Positions 39,201 to 52,088 of a stretch of 64,000 bases of DNA are shown piece by piece. The stretch's first letter is position 1. Every line of letters begins with the position of its first letter. The stretch is from NCBI RefSeq assembly GCF_902652985.1, contig NC_047028.1:5952001-6016000 (forward strand), in the 5' to 3' direction. This stretch comes from Pecten maximus. Lineage: Eukaryota. A program made the translations under genes and the position numbers. The notes beneath the pieces were generated by a model. That model was not told the DNA's origin. It saw only the letters and a list, made by a program, of their open reading frames with translations, and made no database searches.

Positions 39201-41729
39201 GCTAGACATTCTCACACTGTGTAATTTGTAAGTTGCTGCTAGACATTCTCTCATATGTAATTTTCCCCTAAATACAGAGATGGCAATGATCCCTACTCTG
39301 ATGAGCGTGGTCGGCGGAGATTGTCGGGAGGTCGAGGTGGTAGGGGTCGTGGTCCTGGGCGGCGTTGGGCCAATGAGAGACGAAGCTTGATATCAGGTAA
39401 AATATATCACAGGATAACCTTTCTATACCCTAAATGATGTTATAGGACAAAAAAATAATAAAAGTGTCAGAAATTCTTAATTTATTAGATCAAATTCCAG
39501 AAATATTTCCCTTGATTTCATGTTTGATATTAGCGTTTTAATGTCTACTGAATAATAACAAGGGGTGATCCCAATTGTCATTGAAACCTATTATAATATT
39601 TGAAATCACAGGTTAATGAGTTAAGATAAGTTATTATAATATTGGAAATCACAGGTTAATTAGTTAAGATAAGCTATTATAATATTTGAAATCACAGGTT
39701 AATCAGTTAAGATAAGCTATTATTATAGATTTTTGTGTGCCAACAGGAGACGAGAGCGGCCATAATGTGACGGATTGGTCAGCAGAAGTGACGGCAGAGG
39801 AACAGAAGCATACAGGGTACCTTACCGACAGTGTTTTAAGTGGTCGAGGTCGAGGAGGCCGTGGTGGGCGAGGCCGGGGACGTGGCTACAGTGGCTATCC
39901 TTCCTACAGGACTGTTGGTAAGTTTGTCAGACAGATGGGCATGCTTAGTGAGGCTAATAAAGAAGCTACAGAATCCAGGTAATGTCAGGAGGCATGCTAT
40001 GTTTAAATTGGAAACCAAATTGGCTACTGGTTTGTTATAAAACAAAATCTTGAACGAGGTTCAATAAAGAAAACAGTAAAAACTCATAAAGTAGATCCAT
40101 CATTTACCGGCATGTGATGTTGCATGATTTAGAAATTAGAAGTTCTAAAACTAATTCCTCGCATTCAGAAAAAGGGAAAGAATGTTACAATATTGTAATC
40201 TTGACTTTATCTTCACTTTTTACAGCATATGACTCGGAAGATCCCAGGGATCAAAGGTCACGCAGGCGTATGACAGATGATGATGATACTGTCCTTGACA
40301 ATGCAAGTGTAAACAGCCAGGATCAAGGTATACATGGTCTGTTGTATTATATTAGTCTTAACAACAAACCTTCCTGACTAATGATATCCCTTCTCCATAT
40401 TCTTTATACATAAAATAATCCAAACATAGTCTTTAACAATAACTGGCTTACCTTCAACGCATTTATCACTAATTACCCCCTCTCATTTAATAACCCAATC
40501 TAATAATAACCCTTTGTCCTAAACCCAGTCTAATAATAACCCTTTGTCCTAAACCCAGATTAATAATAACCCTTTGTCCTAAACCCAGATTAATAACCCT
40601 TTGTCCTAAACCCAGTCTAATGATAACCCTTTGTCCTAAACTCAGTCTAATGATAACCCTTTGTCCTAAACCCAGTCTAATAATAACCCTTTGTCCTAAA
40701 CCCAGTCTAATTATAACCCTTTGCCCTTAACCCAGTCTAATAATAACCCTTTGTCCTTAACCCAGTCTAAGAATACCCATCAGTCTACTGACAGTATCTC
40801 TCTCCTATCAACCTACCCTAACATAACACCTTTCTCATAATCCACTTAAAACCTTTATGACATAATTATTTTCAACCCAGAATAACACTACCATTTATCA
40901 GTTTATTAAGCCTAACAATTAATATTAATACAAACATATCAACATCCTGAAAAAACTTTTCAAATTTCTCAGTGGGTGTCTAAATATCAATCTTGTAGAT
41001 ACTGTATGTGTAAATGGCCTCGAGTGTAAAACACAGCTTATTGCACTTTCAATGTACCAGTTTGTGAAGTTCAAAGTGTTTTTTACTTTTTTTTTATTTT
41101 TGTTGATAACCATAGTGAAAACTTATTTTATGTGTGTTTTGTTGACAGATGAGCGACGGCCAGAGCGTAGGCGTCGGAGGAGGAGGAACAAGTTCCGTGG
41201 CAGCAGTAGTGCTGCCTCTGGCACAGAAACAGACAATAGTGTATCTAATTACCGCCCTGGGGGTGGACCCAGTGGTCCCCGTCCTGGGAGTGGGCCTGGT
41301 GGTCCCCGTCCGGGGGGCAATAATGGCAACAACATGGTTAAGACTGAGAACTCTAATATGTCTAATCAGGTGCCCCGCCCAAAAGTTGAATCAGTCACTT
41401 CCCCAGCATCAGCCCCGCCTCCGCGGCAGACACAGTCTCCCTCTCGTCAGTCACCTGGTCCTGGTAAATCCTACCCCCAGTCTGGCAGCAAACCCAGCAC
41501 ACCCAGTGGCCAGGGTAAAGTGTCACAGGGGCCATCAAACAAGGGTCCTGCTCCTAAGGAACAGAGGGAGCCCAGGAAGAACGGGAGTGGAACTAATCAG
41601 AGGTTTCCTCCTAATGCAAGAAATGGCAATCTACAAAGTGGAAGTGAGACAGAATCAAAAGCCAAGGGAAGCTATCAAAATGGTAACAACAGCAACAAAC
41701 CAACTGAACACATGGTGAATGGAGAGTAG
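14209..41729 (+). CDS. FMR1: Fragile X family RNA-binding protein (FMR1/FXR1/FXR2 pro-orthologue), 16 exons, 718 aa
   Basis: Exons 14209-14259, 22063-22115, 24511-24607, 27895-28052, 28678-28743, 29344-29437, 30008-30124, 30612-30779, 31106-31184, 31997-32106, 37542-37628, 37979-38082, 39278-39396, 39747-39917, 40226-40327 and 41149-41729 give 2157 nt in frame. Motifs: [21 protein letters not shown]; Agenet [14 protein letters not shown]; KH1 [17 protein letters not shown]; KH2 [27 protein letters not shown]; [16 protein letters not shown]; RGG boxes; C-terminal MVNGE. Confidence 0.97.
15128..15765. mobile_element. Non-autonomous PIF/Harbinger-type element in FMR1 intron 1
   Basis: TIRs GGGCGAATTTGTT / AACAAATTTGCCC with a 3-bp TTA duplication on both sides and many internal AAACC(A/G)GTTT motifs. 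ORF 15411-15668 (-), [17 protein letters not shown], resembles the N-terminus of a Harbinger nuclease (inference). Confidence 0.75.
16835..18745. repeat. 29-bp G-rich minisatellite, ~65 copies
   Basis: Unit tttctagattgatgtcttgtgggtgggac. Confidence 0.97.
19575..19702. repeat. 25-bp tandem repeat, ~5 copies
   Basis: Unit atatataattatagatgatgatagc. Confidence 0.9.
21289..21388. mobile_element. 100-bp palindromic MITE with 9-bp TSD (family copy 1)
   Basis: TIRs TACCCCGAGTTTCCTCT / AGAGGAAACTCGGGCTA, flanked by CATGCATAT on both sides. Confidence 0.85.
23055..23820. repeat. Composite higher-order minisatellite
   Basis: A ~37-bp module (gttagttactggtttaccacctacatgactcctcctat) alternates irregularly with a longer module (cactaggttacatctcactgactatattgtagtcagggttctgtaggctttagttt). 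Confidence 0.92.
24264..24293 (+). repeat. poly(G) run, 30 nt
   Basis: Uninterrupted G homopolymer in FMR1 intron 2. Confidence 0.95.
24961..26293. repeat. 43-bp minisatellite, ~31 copies
   Basis: Unit tttactagacctatatgtgacctccaaggccagaggagtctga. Confidence 0.97.
29385..29715 (+). repeat. ~78-bp tandem repeat duplicating the 3' half and splice donor of FMR1 exon 6
   Basis: tgtctgtggcctacaatgata..ctggttgtgttg|gtaagtg occurs four times, with donors after 29437, 29515, 29593 and 29668. Confidence 0.92.
33803..33829 (+). CDS. Candidate 27-nt alternative microexon of FMR1 (YDNDDIMMS)
   Basis: Pyrimidine tract tttacactttccgag| (a rare GAG acceptor) and donor AGT|GTAAGC. Phase 0-0, matching the flanking exons. 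Confidence 0.4.
33866..33898 (+). CDS. Candidate 33-nt alternative microexon of FMR1 ([11 protein letters not shown])
   Basis: Strong acceptor ccctttccctttgtag| and donor ACT|GTAAGT. Phase 0-0, no stop, and it falls in the KH2 variable loop. Confidence 0.6.
36386..36780. mobile_element. Degenerate fragment of a HINE-like repeat, opposite orientation to the 103-5938 element
   Basis: Begins tagcacttgcc..gcaagtgagcttatg..cgtctgtcc and contains gggcgatacaggc..gggcctcttgt, the reverse of an AACAAGAGGCCC start. Confidence 0.5.
38505..39250. repeat. 35/37-bp minisatellite, ~20 copies, ending at the FMR1 exon 13 acceptor
   Basis: Unit gctagacattctcacactgtgtaatttgtaagttgct. Confidence 0.96.
39590..39727. 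repeat. ~43-bp tandem repeat, 3 copies
   Basis: Unit tattataatatttgaaatcacaggttaatnagttaagataag. Confidence 0.85.
40493..40770. repeat. 30/33-bp minisatellite, ~9 copies
   Basis: Unit aacccagtctaataataaccctttgtccta. Confidence 0.92.
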
Positions 41730-44221
41730 ATGTAACCTGAGTGGGCGTTGCCAGGAGTGGGTGTGGTCATATGCCCAGGGCCACGCCCCCACATCACAAA
41801 CAAACTGCTGTCTGTTTGCCTCTGCTTCACACCCGTAGTCACGGCCTCCCTACTTAGTGTTGACAGACCAGACATGTCACATCGGACGAGTCTTTAGCAC
41901 CGGATTTGAAATTTATAGTAAACATATATAAGACTGGACTTACATCAATACCAGTGTTCTTGATATAATGTGTCAAAATGGATGCACAGATTGATAGACA
42001 GAAATTCTCTTTTCTTATCGAACATGGACATGTTTACATCAGATGGAATGATTTCATGAACACTGTAGTGATACAATTGCTTGAAGCCATGAATTCTTTT
42101 CATATTACCTGTGTAACTACATAATGTGTGTATTTATGATATATAGGTCATATACTGTACAGTGTGTGGGTCAACCTCAGATCTGAAAGCAGAACGAAGT
42201 GGAAATGTGTGCACATTATCTTCCCTTGCTTGAAAATATCTAAAGAAGCTGTAAGTATAGGGGAAGCATAGAGCTGTAGGATGCCCTTGGTGATACAAAA
42301 GGTCTTTGACTAAGCAATAATGTCCCTGAAGACCATTGTAAAGAAAGAGGTTTGATTTAAGATAGAGGACCTTAGAACGGATATTTATGCCCTGCCTATT
42401 CTCCTCTATGAAAGGCAAGATATCTGATTTAACAAATTTGACCCTTTGAACATTGACATTACTTTAAAAAAAAAATTGATCTGGCAGCAAAATTTTGTCT
42501 GAATCAAAATAATAGCAAAGATGAAATTACGTTTGCTTACATGAGATTATTGATGAAGATTTTTTTCACAAATGTCGGACCTGGTTCAGGGTGCTCTGGT
42601 CTTCAGGGGTAGAGAAAGGGCTATATGTCAAAGTACATGTGTAGTGATTGTAGCTTGTTGCTATAGAATCACTGAGAATGGTTCGCTGATGCAACTGGTA
42701 TAGAATGAAATGATTAAAGTGTATACTTGTACCCTAATACCATAGTGTTCTCATGCTACGTAGTTTTTAAGATGGCCACAAGTCTTAATGTGACTTCGGT
42801 TAGGTAAACCAAAGTGAGCTGATGCTGAGGAGTACAGGCCAGGTTATAAGACATGGCGATTACTGATTTGTCAATATGAAATACAATTGGCAATAACTGT
42901 TTACATGTGTCCAGTCTTAGAGGTACAGAAAAGTCCATCTGTGTTAACATGTTGATTAACAACAGTTGGATAATGTAAGAATGACTTAGTGTAGGCAAAG
43001 AGATCTAGGTTACCCGACCGTGACCCCTGGTTATGGGGGTCGCTGTTTTTGGACGTCCAACACACAACTGTACAATGTTTATAAAGAACCTATCCATCCC
43101 ATCAGACCTATCATTGCTGCTACATGTCTGCGAGCAAATGTCAGACCAGTGTTCCATCTCGCATCATATCACGTCACCTTATATTCATAAATATTTAAAT
43201 ATTTTGTGAAAAATTGTTTGTGATAATTTCAAGATACATTTTAGTATCAAACAGCGGTTTCTATTGTTAAAGCTTTTGGTGTCATCATTTTCTATTAATA
43301 CTAACAACATAGTTACGTCAAGTTATTCATGTATACCCTGAATATTGAATTATAATTTCCATATTTATTTTAAAATTTTTACTAATGCATGCAAGGCTGC
43401 AGTAGACTAGAGTCATATTTTCATAGCTTAACATCTCTGAACTGTGTCATAGAAAAACAAAAAAAGTGTATGAACATCTCAGATATAACCCAGTTTTGTC
43501 AATGGAAGTCTGACCTTTGCTCTGAGGCAGTGTAGCATGTATTTAACACCTGTTGGCAAATTAACAGGTAAGTATCCTGTACCTGTGTTACAACTGTGTG
43601 AGACACAGACTCTGGTGTGCAGCTGTACATGGGAGGTTTTAAGTGTTTGTATTATTTATTAATGAAGTACAATTTTATGATTATAGGCCACATTTTAAAC
43701 TTTTTTAAACATTGTTTTAATTATCATTTTAAACAATTGTCATTTCCTACCTTTGTGTGTGTGCGTGTGCGCAGGAAGATAATTCAATATGTCCTTACAG
43801 TTCCAGACAAACATTAAACAAACCGTCTTCTGTGTTCTAGTGTTGTGGAAAAATGTTTCAATGTATTGCCCAATTTGATGGTCCCACAACTCAAAATGTT
43901 TTGCATGACATCACACCCTAAGTTGTTTCTAGCCCGTCCTATGCCCGTACACCTGTGAGATTTTGTAGATTTTTGGAGGGTTATACTACTTTGAATGAAT
44001 TGATTCTACCCACATTTATAATATCACTTCACATTGACATACAGTTACATTTTGTATTTTTTTCTTGCAAAAGCAAAGTGTATTAAACAAGTCTTATATT
44101 GTGGAAAATGTATTTTCCAACTGATAAGTATGTGTCATCAGTCATAAAGATTTATTACCAGCCAATTTTTCTGAAAGAATTAATTACCAGCCTATTTCTC
44201 TGAAAGAATTAATGGATCATA

Positions 44222-44390
44222 GGGCTTGTTCGTCTATGCGGACAAACTGGTTCGTCAGTTTTTAAATGTTATATTTCAAACAAGACTCGTCTGAAAACAA
44301 TATAAAATCACCAGGTCTGTCTTTATTTAATAAAGGAACAACACAGGTCCAACTGGTCCAAACGTTTGGACCGCAAAAACGAAAACGTCC
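44222..44390. mobile_element. MITE downstream of the FMR1 stop; a related copy lies at 63394-63615
   Basis: Imperfect TIRs gggcttgttcgt / acgaaaacgtcc. It shares ctcgtctg..aatataaaatcaccaggtc.gtctttattt..aacaacac.ggtccaactg with 63485-63555. Confidence 0.75.
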
Positions 44391-46319
44391 TAGGTCAAAA
44401 CATTTCTGGTACATATATAATTACTGCAAATCTCACTAATTCCCTTTACTCTGCCATATTTGTAGGTAGGTGATAAGGCAGCTGTAACCAGATAAATTTG
44501 TGAGATTTCGGTGAAACTGATGATAATGTCCAAAAGTCTTTACTTAAGTTTGATGCCCAGCCAAACTCATGAATATGTTTGGCAAGGTAACGATTACTGT
44601 CAAGTGAAGAAAATCTGAAACTATGATCAGTACCCTTTTAGAAAAGAAAGTCCTTTAAAAATACAATCCAACAGAATGGCAACTTTTTGAAATTTTGGAA
44701 ACAAAAAAACTGCTATAATGAATTATAATTTACAAGAGACAAACTCTAGACTTATCAATATCATTTGTTGCATTTCATCTATAATGCTATCAATGTAAGG
44801 TGATTATGAATTACTAAGGGAAGTAACTCTGAACCAAAACATATTCAGATAGTAATATGATAAGATAAAGATATATAAAAGATAATATGGAGAAAACATG
44901 AGGAAAAAAACTGCTTTGAAAATTGTATATTTGCAGTTGTGATCTGTGTATTGGTACTTGTTGCTCTAGTTTGCCTGAATGTTAAGCTGTTTTTGTTGGT
45001 TTTAATAGCTACATATATTACATACACACATTGAATTGTTATCAATGAATGGTATTAAGTGATTCAGGCGTTTATGATGTATTATTCTAATTATGAATCT
45101 AGATCACTTACTTTTGTTCACTTAAACTTAAATATTAACTTCCTGTCTCCTGAAGAGAATCTCATTTAAAACAATGATTTATGACATGGAATAGTTTTGT
45201 GACATCTAATTTTAATAGAACAGTGATTTTATGACAGTAACTTTAACTGTTCTAAATGTGGGTAGTTTTAGGGTATACTCTGTAGTATCAACTACATTGT
45301 GTGTCATACATCCAGAATTTTTAATTGTGATTTTTTGTCTTGGCTTGTTCAAATGTCATTATTAATTGATATACATGTAATGAAATTTTATTATGAAAAC
45401 ATGAACTTATTTTATTAGACGACAATAAGTTGAATGAATTACTTCATTGTCGAAAACATATGGTTATGATTAAATCTAGGTTTATTTCTTTGCATGTATT
45501 TTTGAGTTATCTTTCCTTTGGTTTTGCTTTGTTGACATGTACAGATTGTATTGTACATACAGAGGTGGTGTAACTGTGTTGGTAATGAACACTCTAGTGT
45601 AATTCAATCACATTGTTTGTGTGCTATTATCAGTTCTTAAGTGTCTCATGTTTAGTGAATATGAACTTTAAAACACAATCATAATTGGAATACAATCAGT
45701 GTAATACATGTAATGTAGACAACAAAGATTTCAGTCACATCATCAAAGTTTCTGAATTTTTAATCTTTCAAAAGTTTTCTGCTTTAAAATGATCATTTAG
45801 AAAATAAATATTTGTTTTGCTTCAGTTTCAATTTTTGAAACAATGTATAAAACTTTTCTATACATGTTTGCTGGATAAATGTGCATGGGGTTTTATTTAA
45901 TAGTGGGTTATGCTCAGACAAGAATATGGGACAGATAGTGATGTAGTGTAGTAGTGTACATCTGTATTTGGAATCAACTGTTATAAATATATCGGTCAAA
46001 ATTCAGTTTAACAAAGGGTAAATTCATGACTTATTTAACAAGTTGTCTTGCTGGACAGCCTGACTGATATCTCAATTGTGTGTATGGTATTTACTTACTT
46101 CGGAAAAGAATATATTACACTGTACCCAATACACTTATTAGAATATACCAGCAGTATACAAACCTTAGTAGTCCCAAGTGTAAAGGTTAAGGGTCTGAAC
46201 CTGAGTGGAAGATTCTTGAGCTGACAAACTAGGCTTGCAGAGGGATAGATTTCTCAGAGGGATAGATTTCCTATATCTTAAGCTCCTGATGGGTAAACAA
46301 ATTCTGAACCTGACATATA

Positions 46320-46545
46320 CCTGCTACCTGTCCACTTCCTGCCTTGTGGCACGCAAGGCCTTCACAGAGCTCTTCCACCCCTCCTGGTCTGTTACCACAG
46401 TCTGGACTTTGTTTCATGATCTCCAACCATTGTTTTACCTTTCTTTGTCCACCATTTGCCTCCTCATCATCTTTGGTAGTCCTCTTTTCCGTTTCCCTTC
46501 TGTGGCCCGGGTCATGACCAACAACTTTAAGGAAATCTAACACTG
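46320..46545 (-). mobile_element. Decayed 3' end of an RTE-like non-LTR retrotransposon
   Basis: The minus frame reads RGRPKMMRRQMVDKER*NNGWRS*NKVQTVVTDQEGWKSSVKALRATRQEVDR*. This matches the GRPK.TWRR..W..A.DR..W tail of RTE-clade ORFs, with stops. Confidence 0.7.
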
Positions 46546-48842
46546 CTAAAAGTGTAGATACACATTTCCTGGGTAAGACACAATATTGGTCATTTCAAGG
46601 TGAATTAGTCCCCTACTGGTGAAACTCCAGAGGCTAGGACCATGTCCATCTCATAGACTTGTCTGAGCATCTGTTGTATCATACTTATTGGCAATTTTTA
46701 GTAAGATAATAGATTATTTCTTGAATGGAAGATGTCTGCGATCATATGTAATGTACAAAATCAAGGTTACAATGATGTGTTAAAGGTACCATCTCAATAT
46801 TGTGTGTACACGGCTATGATTCATTGTTGGATTATTGATACATTTTTACCTTCTACCCATATAGTCAAATGGGAAGACACAAGAAAAAATATTGTTTTGG
46901 TTGTTAGTTTGGATTAGCTAATACTTGTTGGTAAAAATTCATAAATGATGTTTCCTGTTCAAATCAATGCTCCTGTGAAATAACAAAAAATAATTCTGGG
47001 GATCAAATCAATTGTGTAACAAGTTTTATCAACTGGGACAGAACCATGTGTTAGTATTGATATAGGATGAAGTTGGAATACCTGCAAGAAAAACTTGTGT
47101 GGTTGGGCAGCTGACTTAATGCTTTTTTATAACCAATCACTGAATTGAATCCCAGCCATATCATTGTAGTGAAAGGAGAGATAGTCTAGGTTTTAATTCC
47201 AACACAGTTTATATGCAGTGAAACTTTACACTCAATTTGACAAACATATATTTTACAAAAGCTAAAAATCTAAAATTATTTTTAAAATCAGTTTTAAAAT
47301 TTGAATGAATGTTATTTTATATTTTTGTGTTTATGTGTTCTTTAATTGATTTGAAATGTTGAAGAAAAGATTAATTTCATATGGCTTAAACAGAATCTCT
47401 TCCCAATTGTTGTAGGTTTGTTCGGTCTGGATATAATTTGATAGTAAGTTCATTTTTATCTCCTCTTCATCAAGCAAACTCAATAAAAATGTACCGATCG
47501 TGCAAGATGGGCAAGTAAAATATGTTACATTCCCTACTCAAAACCAATAAGTTTTGCCTATGATTGTATGGGAGCTGGAGAGCTGGGATTTGAGGGATGT
47601 AGATGTGTTTCATTTGGCTAATATGGGAGTATTATACAGTTTTACAGGCCTATTAATCTTATAACATTTTAGAATCAAAACTTGGAAGAACTAAATTGTT
47701 AATGTGCTGCCTTGGCAACAATTAACCTTTGCAAAATCCGACCAGAAAACAACACCAGATCACAAGTCCCATTCTTCAGAGAACCCTTGACAAAAGGGGC
47801 TTATAACAATTGGTTACTAAGTAACAAAGGAAAAACATTTCCCATTTTACCTGCTTTTAAGGATTAGGCCCCTGGTCTAATTTATGGAAAGTATTGTGAA
47901 GATAGTCCTAGAGTGTCATGTCTGCAATATATTATACATACTCATTAGCAGTGGACTTTGCTTTTATCCTATTATAATGACAAAACAGATTTAGTCTGGC
48001 GAGGACATCTCTCCCTTAAAGGTACCTCTGTGTCTGACTCGACTGTGTCCCCATAATGCTTGCTGTAGACAGGCAATGCTATGTAGCAGTGACCACATAT
48101 AACATGTTTGACAACCCGTCTAGCCAAGGTGTTCAAAGCTAGAGATTAGCTAAATTATAATGTTATCCGAATATTTCCATCTAGACATTTTATAAAGTTA
48201 CATTCAACTAAAAGTAATGATTTTGAGATAATAAAGAAAAAACATTTGGCAAAATTCACCATTTTTGAAGAAAGAAAATACCACTTTGGAAATTTGAATA
48301 ATTAGCGAACTATCAAAGCTTTGAACAGATTGGCCAGAATTGTTGTATGATAACATCACGGACTTACCAACACCCCTAAACAAAGTTAAACAGCTGTTAC
48401 AGTAGAAGGATGTTTACTGAGCATGTCGGTTGTACATTTGATTTTATTTGATATTTAGACTTTTGTACCAGATGTACATTTCATTGTTTCAAGGTGGTAC
48501 TTTTGTATGTTAGGGCTATCGTCTTTGACGTTCACAAAAGATAGTGATACCAGATGAATGCCCTACAGATGGCTGAAGAATGTTCTACTAACTTGTAGCT
48601 GTACAGTACAATTACAGTGTTTGATTTTTTAAGCAAAATATGAAATAGAATCATCAACAATAAAAAAAATCTAATACTCAATTAGTGTGGGGATGTTTTC
48701 TTTATTAACATCACAGACAATTGTCTTGTAAACAGTAATGAAATATCTTACTGAAGTTTGAATGTCAGCATCATTGTTTGTGGTGATCGGCCGGTATACA
48801 ATGCTGGTGGACTTATCAGTCCCCGAGGAGGATCATGGTAGC

Positions 48843-48913
48843 TAGCCTGAGTTTCCTCTGGCCCTGATACCATGTGTGGTGTATGGTGCCAGGGTCAGAG
48901 GAAACTCGGGCTA
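48843..48913. mobile_element. 71-bp palindromic MITE (family copy 2)
   Basis: TAGCCTGAGTTTCCTCTGGCCCTG..CAGGGTCAGAGGAAACTCGGGCTA, with flanks CATGGTAGC / CATGGTACA (7 of 9 match). Confidence 0.85.
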
Positions 48914-49900
48914 CATGGTACATTTTTGTAAGCTGCTTGTCACATTTAATTCATTTGAATGGTGGCACAGTTCAGGATATAGACATTTACCTAACATTCC
49001 TTCTGAAATCCAGTGTTGAAAATCTTTGGCACCTCCCCATCCAGATTTTGACCTTTCATTTTACACATTTCTAGTGTTTTGATCATCTGCTATAGGCATC
49101 AACACTTCAGACTCATAGTATCACTGAAGAGTCCTAGGGCACAACAGCTGGATAGTGCAGTATAACTCCTTTTCGCTCTACTGTATCTCTATTCTCAATT
49201 TGTTTTGAAAGGTGTCAATATCCTGTGTGTCTTTGGTACAATCATTTCACGATCAAGGTCACTATTACTGAAAATATAACTCTTTAGTCATCACTTTCTT
49301 TGGTCATATTTAATGGCAGATTTTAAGTCACTTGTCAGAATAATAATAATAATGGGCTTACACGTGCCATAGTGTGGCATCCACGTGGTATCAACATTTT
49401 CAATCTGATGATTTTTTCATTAACTAACACAGTCCTACAGCCGGGATATTGAGCCAATAACACACCCGGATGAGGGACCATCAGGTTGTTCCAATGAATG
49501 GCATTGATCCTCTCTTTAGGTCAAAGGGATACAATATGTTCATAAGTATTCATTGCTTCTTCTGAATAATCAAAAGGCCAGAACATATTATTAGGTCTAT
49601 AGCCTGAAGGACTCTCAAGTTTGTTCAAATGAATGACCATGTGACTTACTTTCAAATCCACAGAAGTCAAATGTGTTAAAATCTTAAGGATTTCTTTTGA
49701 ATCAACAACATGTCATAGTCACATTTGTTTACATTGGTATGTATAGGTACATGTATGCTGGGGCGAAAGGCTTCCAAGGTTATTTGTTCTGTAACCATGT
49801 TCAAGGTCATAGGGTCAGCCCTGGTCACAGAAAGAGCAATGGAAAGAAATAGCATATATTAGGACAGAAAGAAAGGGATGAAGTATTGCAATGAGGACAG

Positions 49901-51193
49901 CAGGTCAATATTGGTAACTTCAATATGTCGCTTCACTAGTAAACAGGTCAATATTGGTAACTTCAATGTGTACCTTCACTAGTAAACAGGTCAATATTGG
50001 TAACTTCAATATGTCCCTTCACTAGTAAACAGGTCAATATTGGTAACTTCAATATGTCGCTTCACTAGTAAACAGGTCAATATTGGTAACTTCAATATGT
50101 CGCTTCACTAGTAAACAGGTCAATATTGGTAACTTCAATATGTCCCTTCACTAGTAAACAGGTCAATATTGGTATCTTCAATATGTCCCTTCACTAGTAA
50201 ACAGGTCAATATTGGTAACTTCAATATGTCCCTTCACTAGTAAACAGGTCAATATTGGTAACTTCAACATGTCCCTTCACTAGTAAACAGGTCAATATTG
50301 GTAACTTCAATATGTCGCTTCACTAGTAAACAGGTCAATATTGGTATCTTCAATATGTCCCTTCACTAGTAAACAGGTCAATATTGGTATCTTCAATATG
50401 TCCCTTCACTAGTAAACAGGTCAATATTGGTATCTTCAATATGTCCCTTCACTAGTAAACAGGTCAATATTGGTAACTTCAATATGTCGCTTCACTAGTA
50501 AACAGGTCAATATTGGTATCTTCAATATGTCCCTTCACCAGTAAACAGGTCAATATTGGTATCTTCAATATGTCGCTTCACTAGTAAACAGGTCAATATT
50601 GGTAACTTCAATATGTCCCTTCACTAGTAAACAGGTCAATATTGGTAACTTCAATATGTCGCTTCACTAGTAAACAGGTCAATATTGGTATCTTCAATAT
50701 GTCCCTTCACTAGTAAACAGGTCAATATTGGTAACTTCAATATGTCGCTTCACTAGTAAACAGGTCAATATTGGTAACTTCAATATGTCGCTTCACCAGT
50801 AAACAGGTCAATATTGGTAACTTCAATATGTCCCTTCACTAGTAAACAGGTCAATATTGGTAACTTCAATATGTCGCTTCACTAGTAAACAGGTCAATAT
50901 TGGTATCTTCAATATGTCCCTTCACTAGTAAACAGGTCAATATTGGTAACTTCAATATGTCGCTTCACTAGTAAACAGGTCAATATTGGTAACTTCAATA
51001 TGTCGCTTCACCAGTAAACAGGTCAATATTGGTAACTTCAATATGTCCCTTCACTAGTAAACAGGTCAATATTGGTAACTTCAATATGTCGCTTCACTAG
51101 TAAACAGGTCAATATTGGTAACTTCAATATGTCCCTTCACCAGTAAACAGGTCAATATTGGTAACTTCAATATGTCCCTTCACTAGTAAACAG
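49901..51193. repeat. 43-bp minisatellite, ~30 copies, intergenic
   Basis: Unit cactagtaaacaggtcaatattggtaacttcaatatgtccctt. Confidence 0.97.
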
Positions 51194-51249
51194 GAAGGAA
51201 AGAGTGGGGATTTTGAAGAATCGGGAACTTTCTTTTGCAGAGACTTGGC

Positions 51250-51465
51250 ACAAATTCTCCTCCCCCAGTCTATGTCATAAACATCTATATATAGACCAAA
51301 TTCTCATCCCCCAGTCTATGTCATAAACATCTATATATAGACCAAATTCTCATCCCCCGGTCTATGTCATAAACATCTATATATAGACCAAATTATCATC
51401 CCCCAGTCTGTGTCACAAACATCTATAGACCAAATTCTCATCGCGCGGTCTATATCACAAACATA
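51250..51465. repeat. ~45-bp tandem repeat, ~5 copies
   Basis: Unit caaattctcatcccccagtctatgtcataaacatctatatatagac. Confidence 0.9.
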
Positions 51466-51504
51466 TATACATGGACCAGGGGTTGGGATTTAGGTTTGAT
51501 GATA

Positions 51505-51790
51505 CTACAGTACTCAAGATGGGGTCTCACGAGAGTTTTGTATAGTTGTTTGAACATGTAGATATCCATGTTAACAAGTGTTCTGAAGATGATACCTAGT
51601 ATTTTACAGACATACACTGTACTAACATGTTCACTGAATTTTAGTTTTGAGTCAAATGTCACTCCTAGGTTTTTTCTGTGGTCACTTTTATTATTTGGAC
51701 ATTTCCCTCATTTCTCGGTAGTGTGTTGCTAGTATTTTTTGTTGAGTTTCCAATTTCCATGTGTTTACACCAAGTATTTTACTTCTCTGA
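51505..51790 (-). mobile_element. CR1/L2-type LINE ORF2 C-terminal fragment
   Basis: EKNLGVTFDSKLKFSEHV..LGIIFRT..FKQLYKTLVRPHLEYCS is the typical post-RT motif of CR1-group LINEs. Confidence 0.85.
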
Positions 51791-51995
51791 TCGACTTACA
51801 AAAGAGAATGTACTAATTATCTTATATATAAATTTAATAAACAAATCTGCAACATCTCTGATGTATTTCCTCCTCACTTCTGATCGATGTATTATTATTT
51901 TGTTAAAATAACATATTTTATATAGGTGAATTTTAAGAAAGTGATTTAATCTGCAAAACATGCTACACATACACGTGCCTTTAACATACATACAG

Positions 51996-52088
51996 CATAG
52001 GTGCTTAGCACATTTATAAGTCCAAGACCGATTATAGACTAATATATAGAGATCGGTCTTGGACTTATTAACGTGCTAAGCACCTCTG
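51996..52088. mobile_element. 93-bp fold-back MITE
   Basis: ~37-bp near-perfect inverted arms (cataggtgcttagcacatttataagtccaagaccgat / atcggtcttggacttattaacgtgctaagcacctctg), flanked by CATACAG direct repeats. Confidence 0.85.

Noticed and set aside
41149-41718. 189-aa overlapping alternative-frame ORF in the last FMR1 exon
   Set aside because: Its ATG is created by the splice acceptor, and GC-rich low-complexity exons often have open alternative frames. It has no recognisable motif.
16835-51193. CRISPR-like arrays
   Set aside because: The units are head-to-tail with no unique spacers, there are no cas genes, and the context is eukaryotic.
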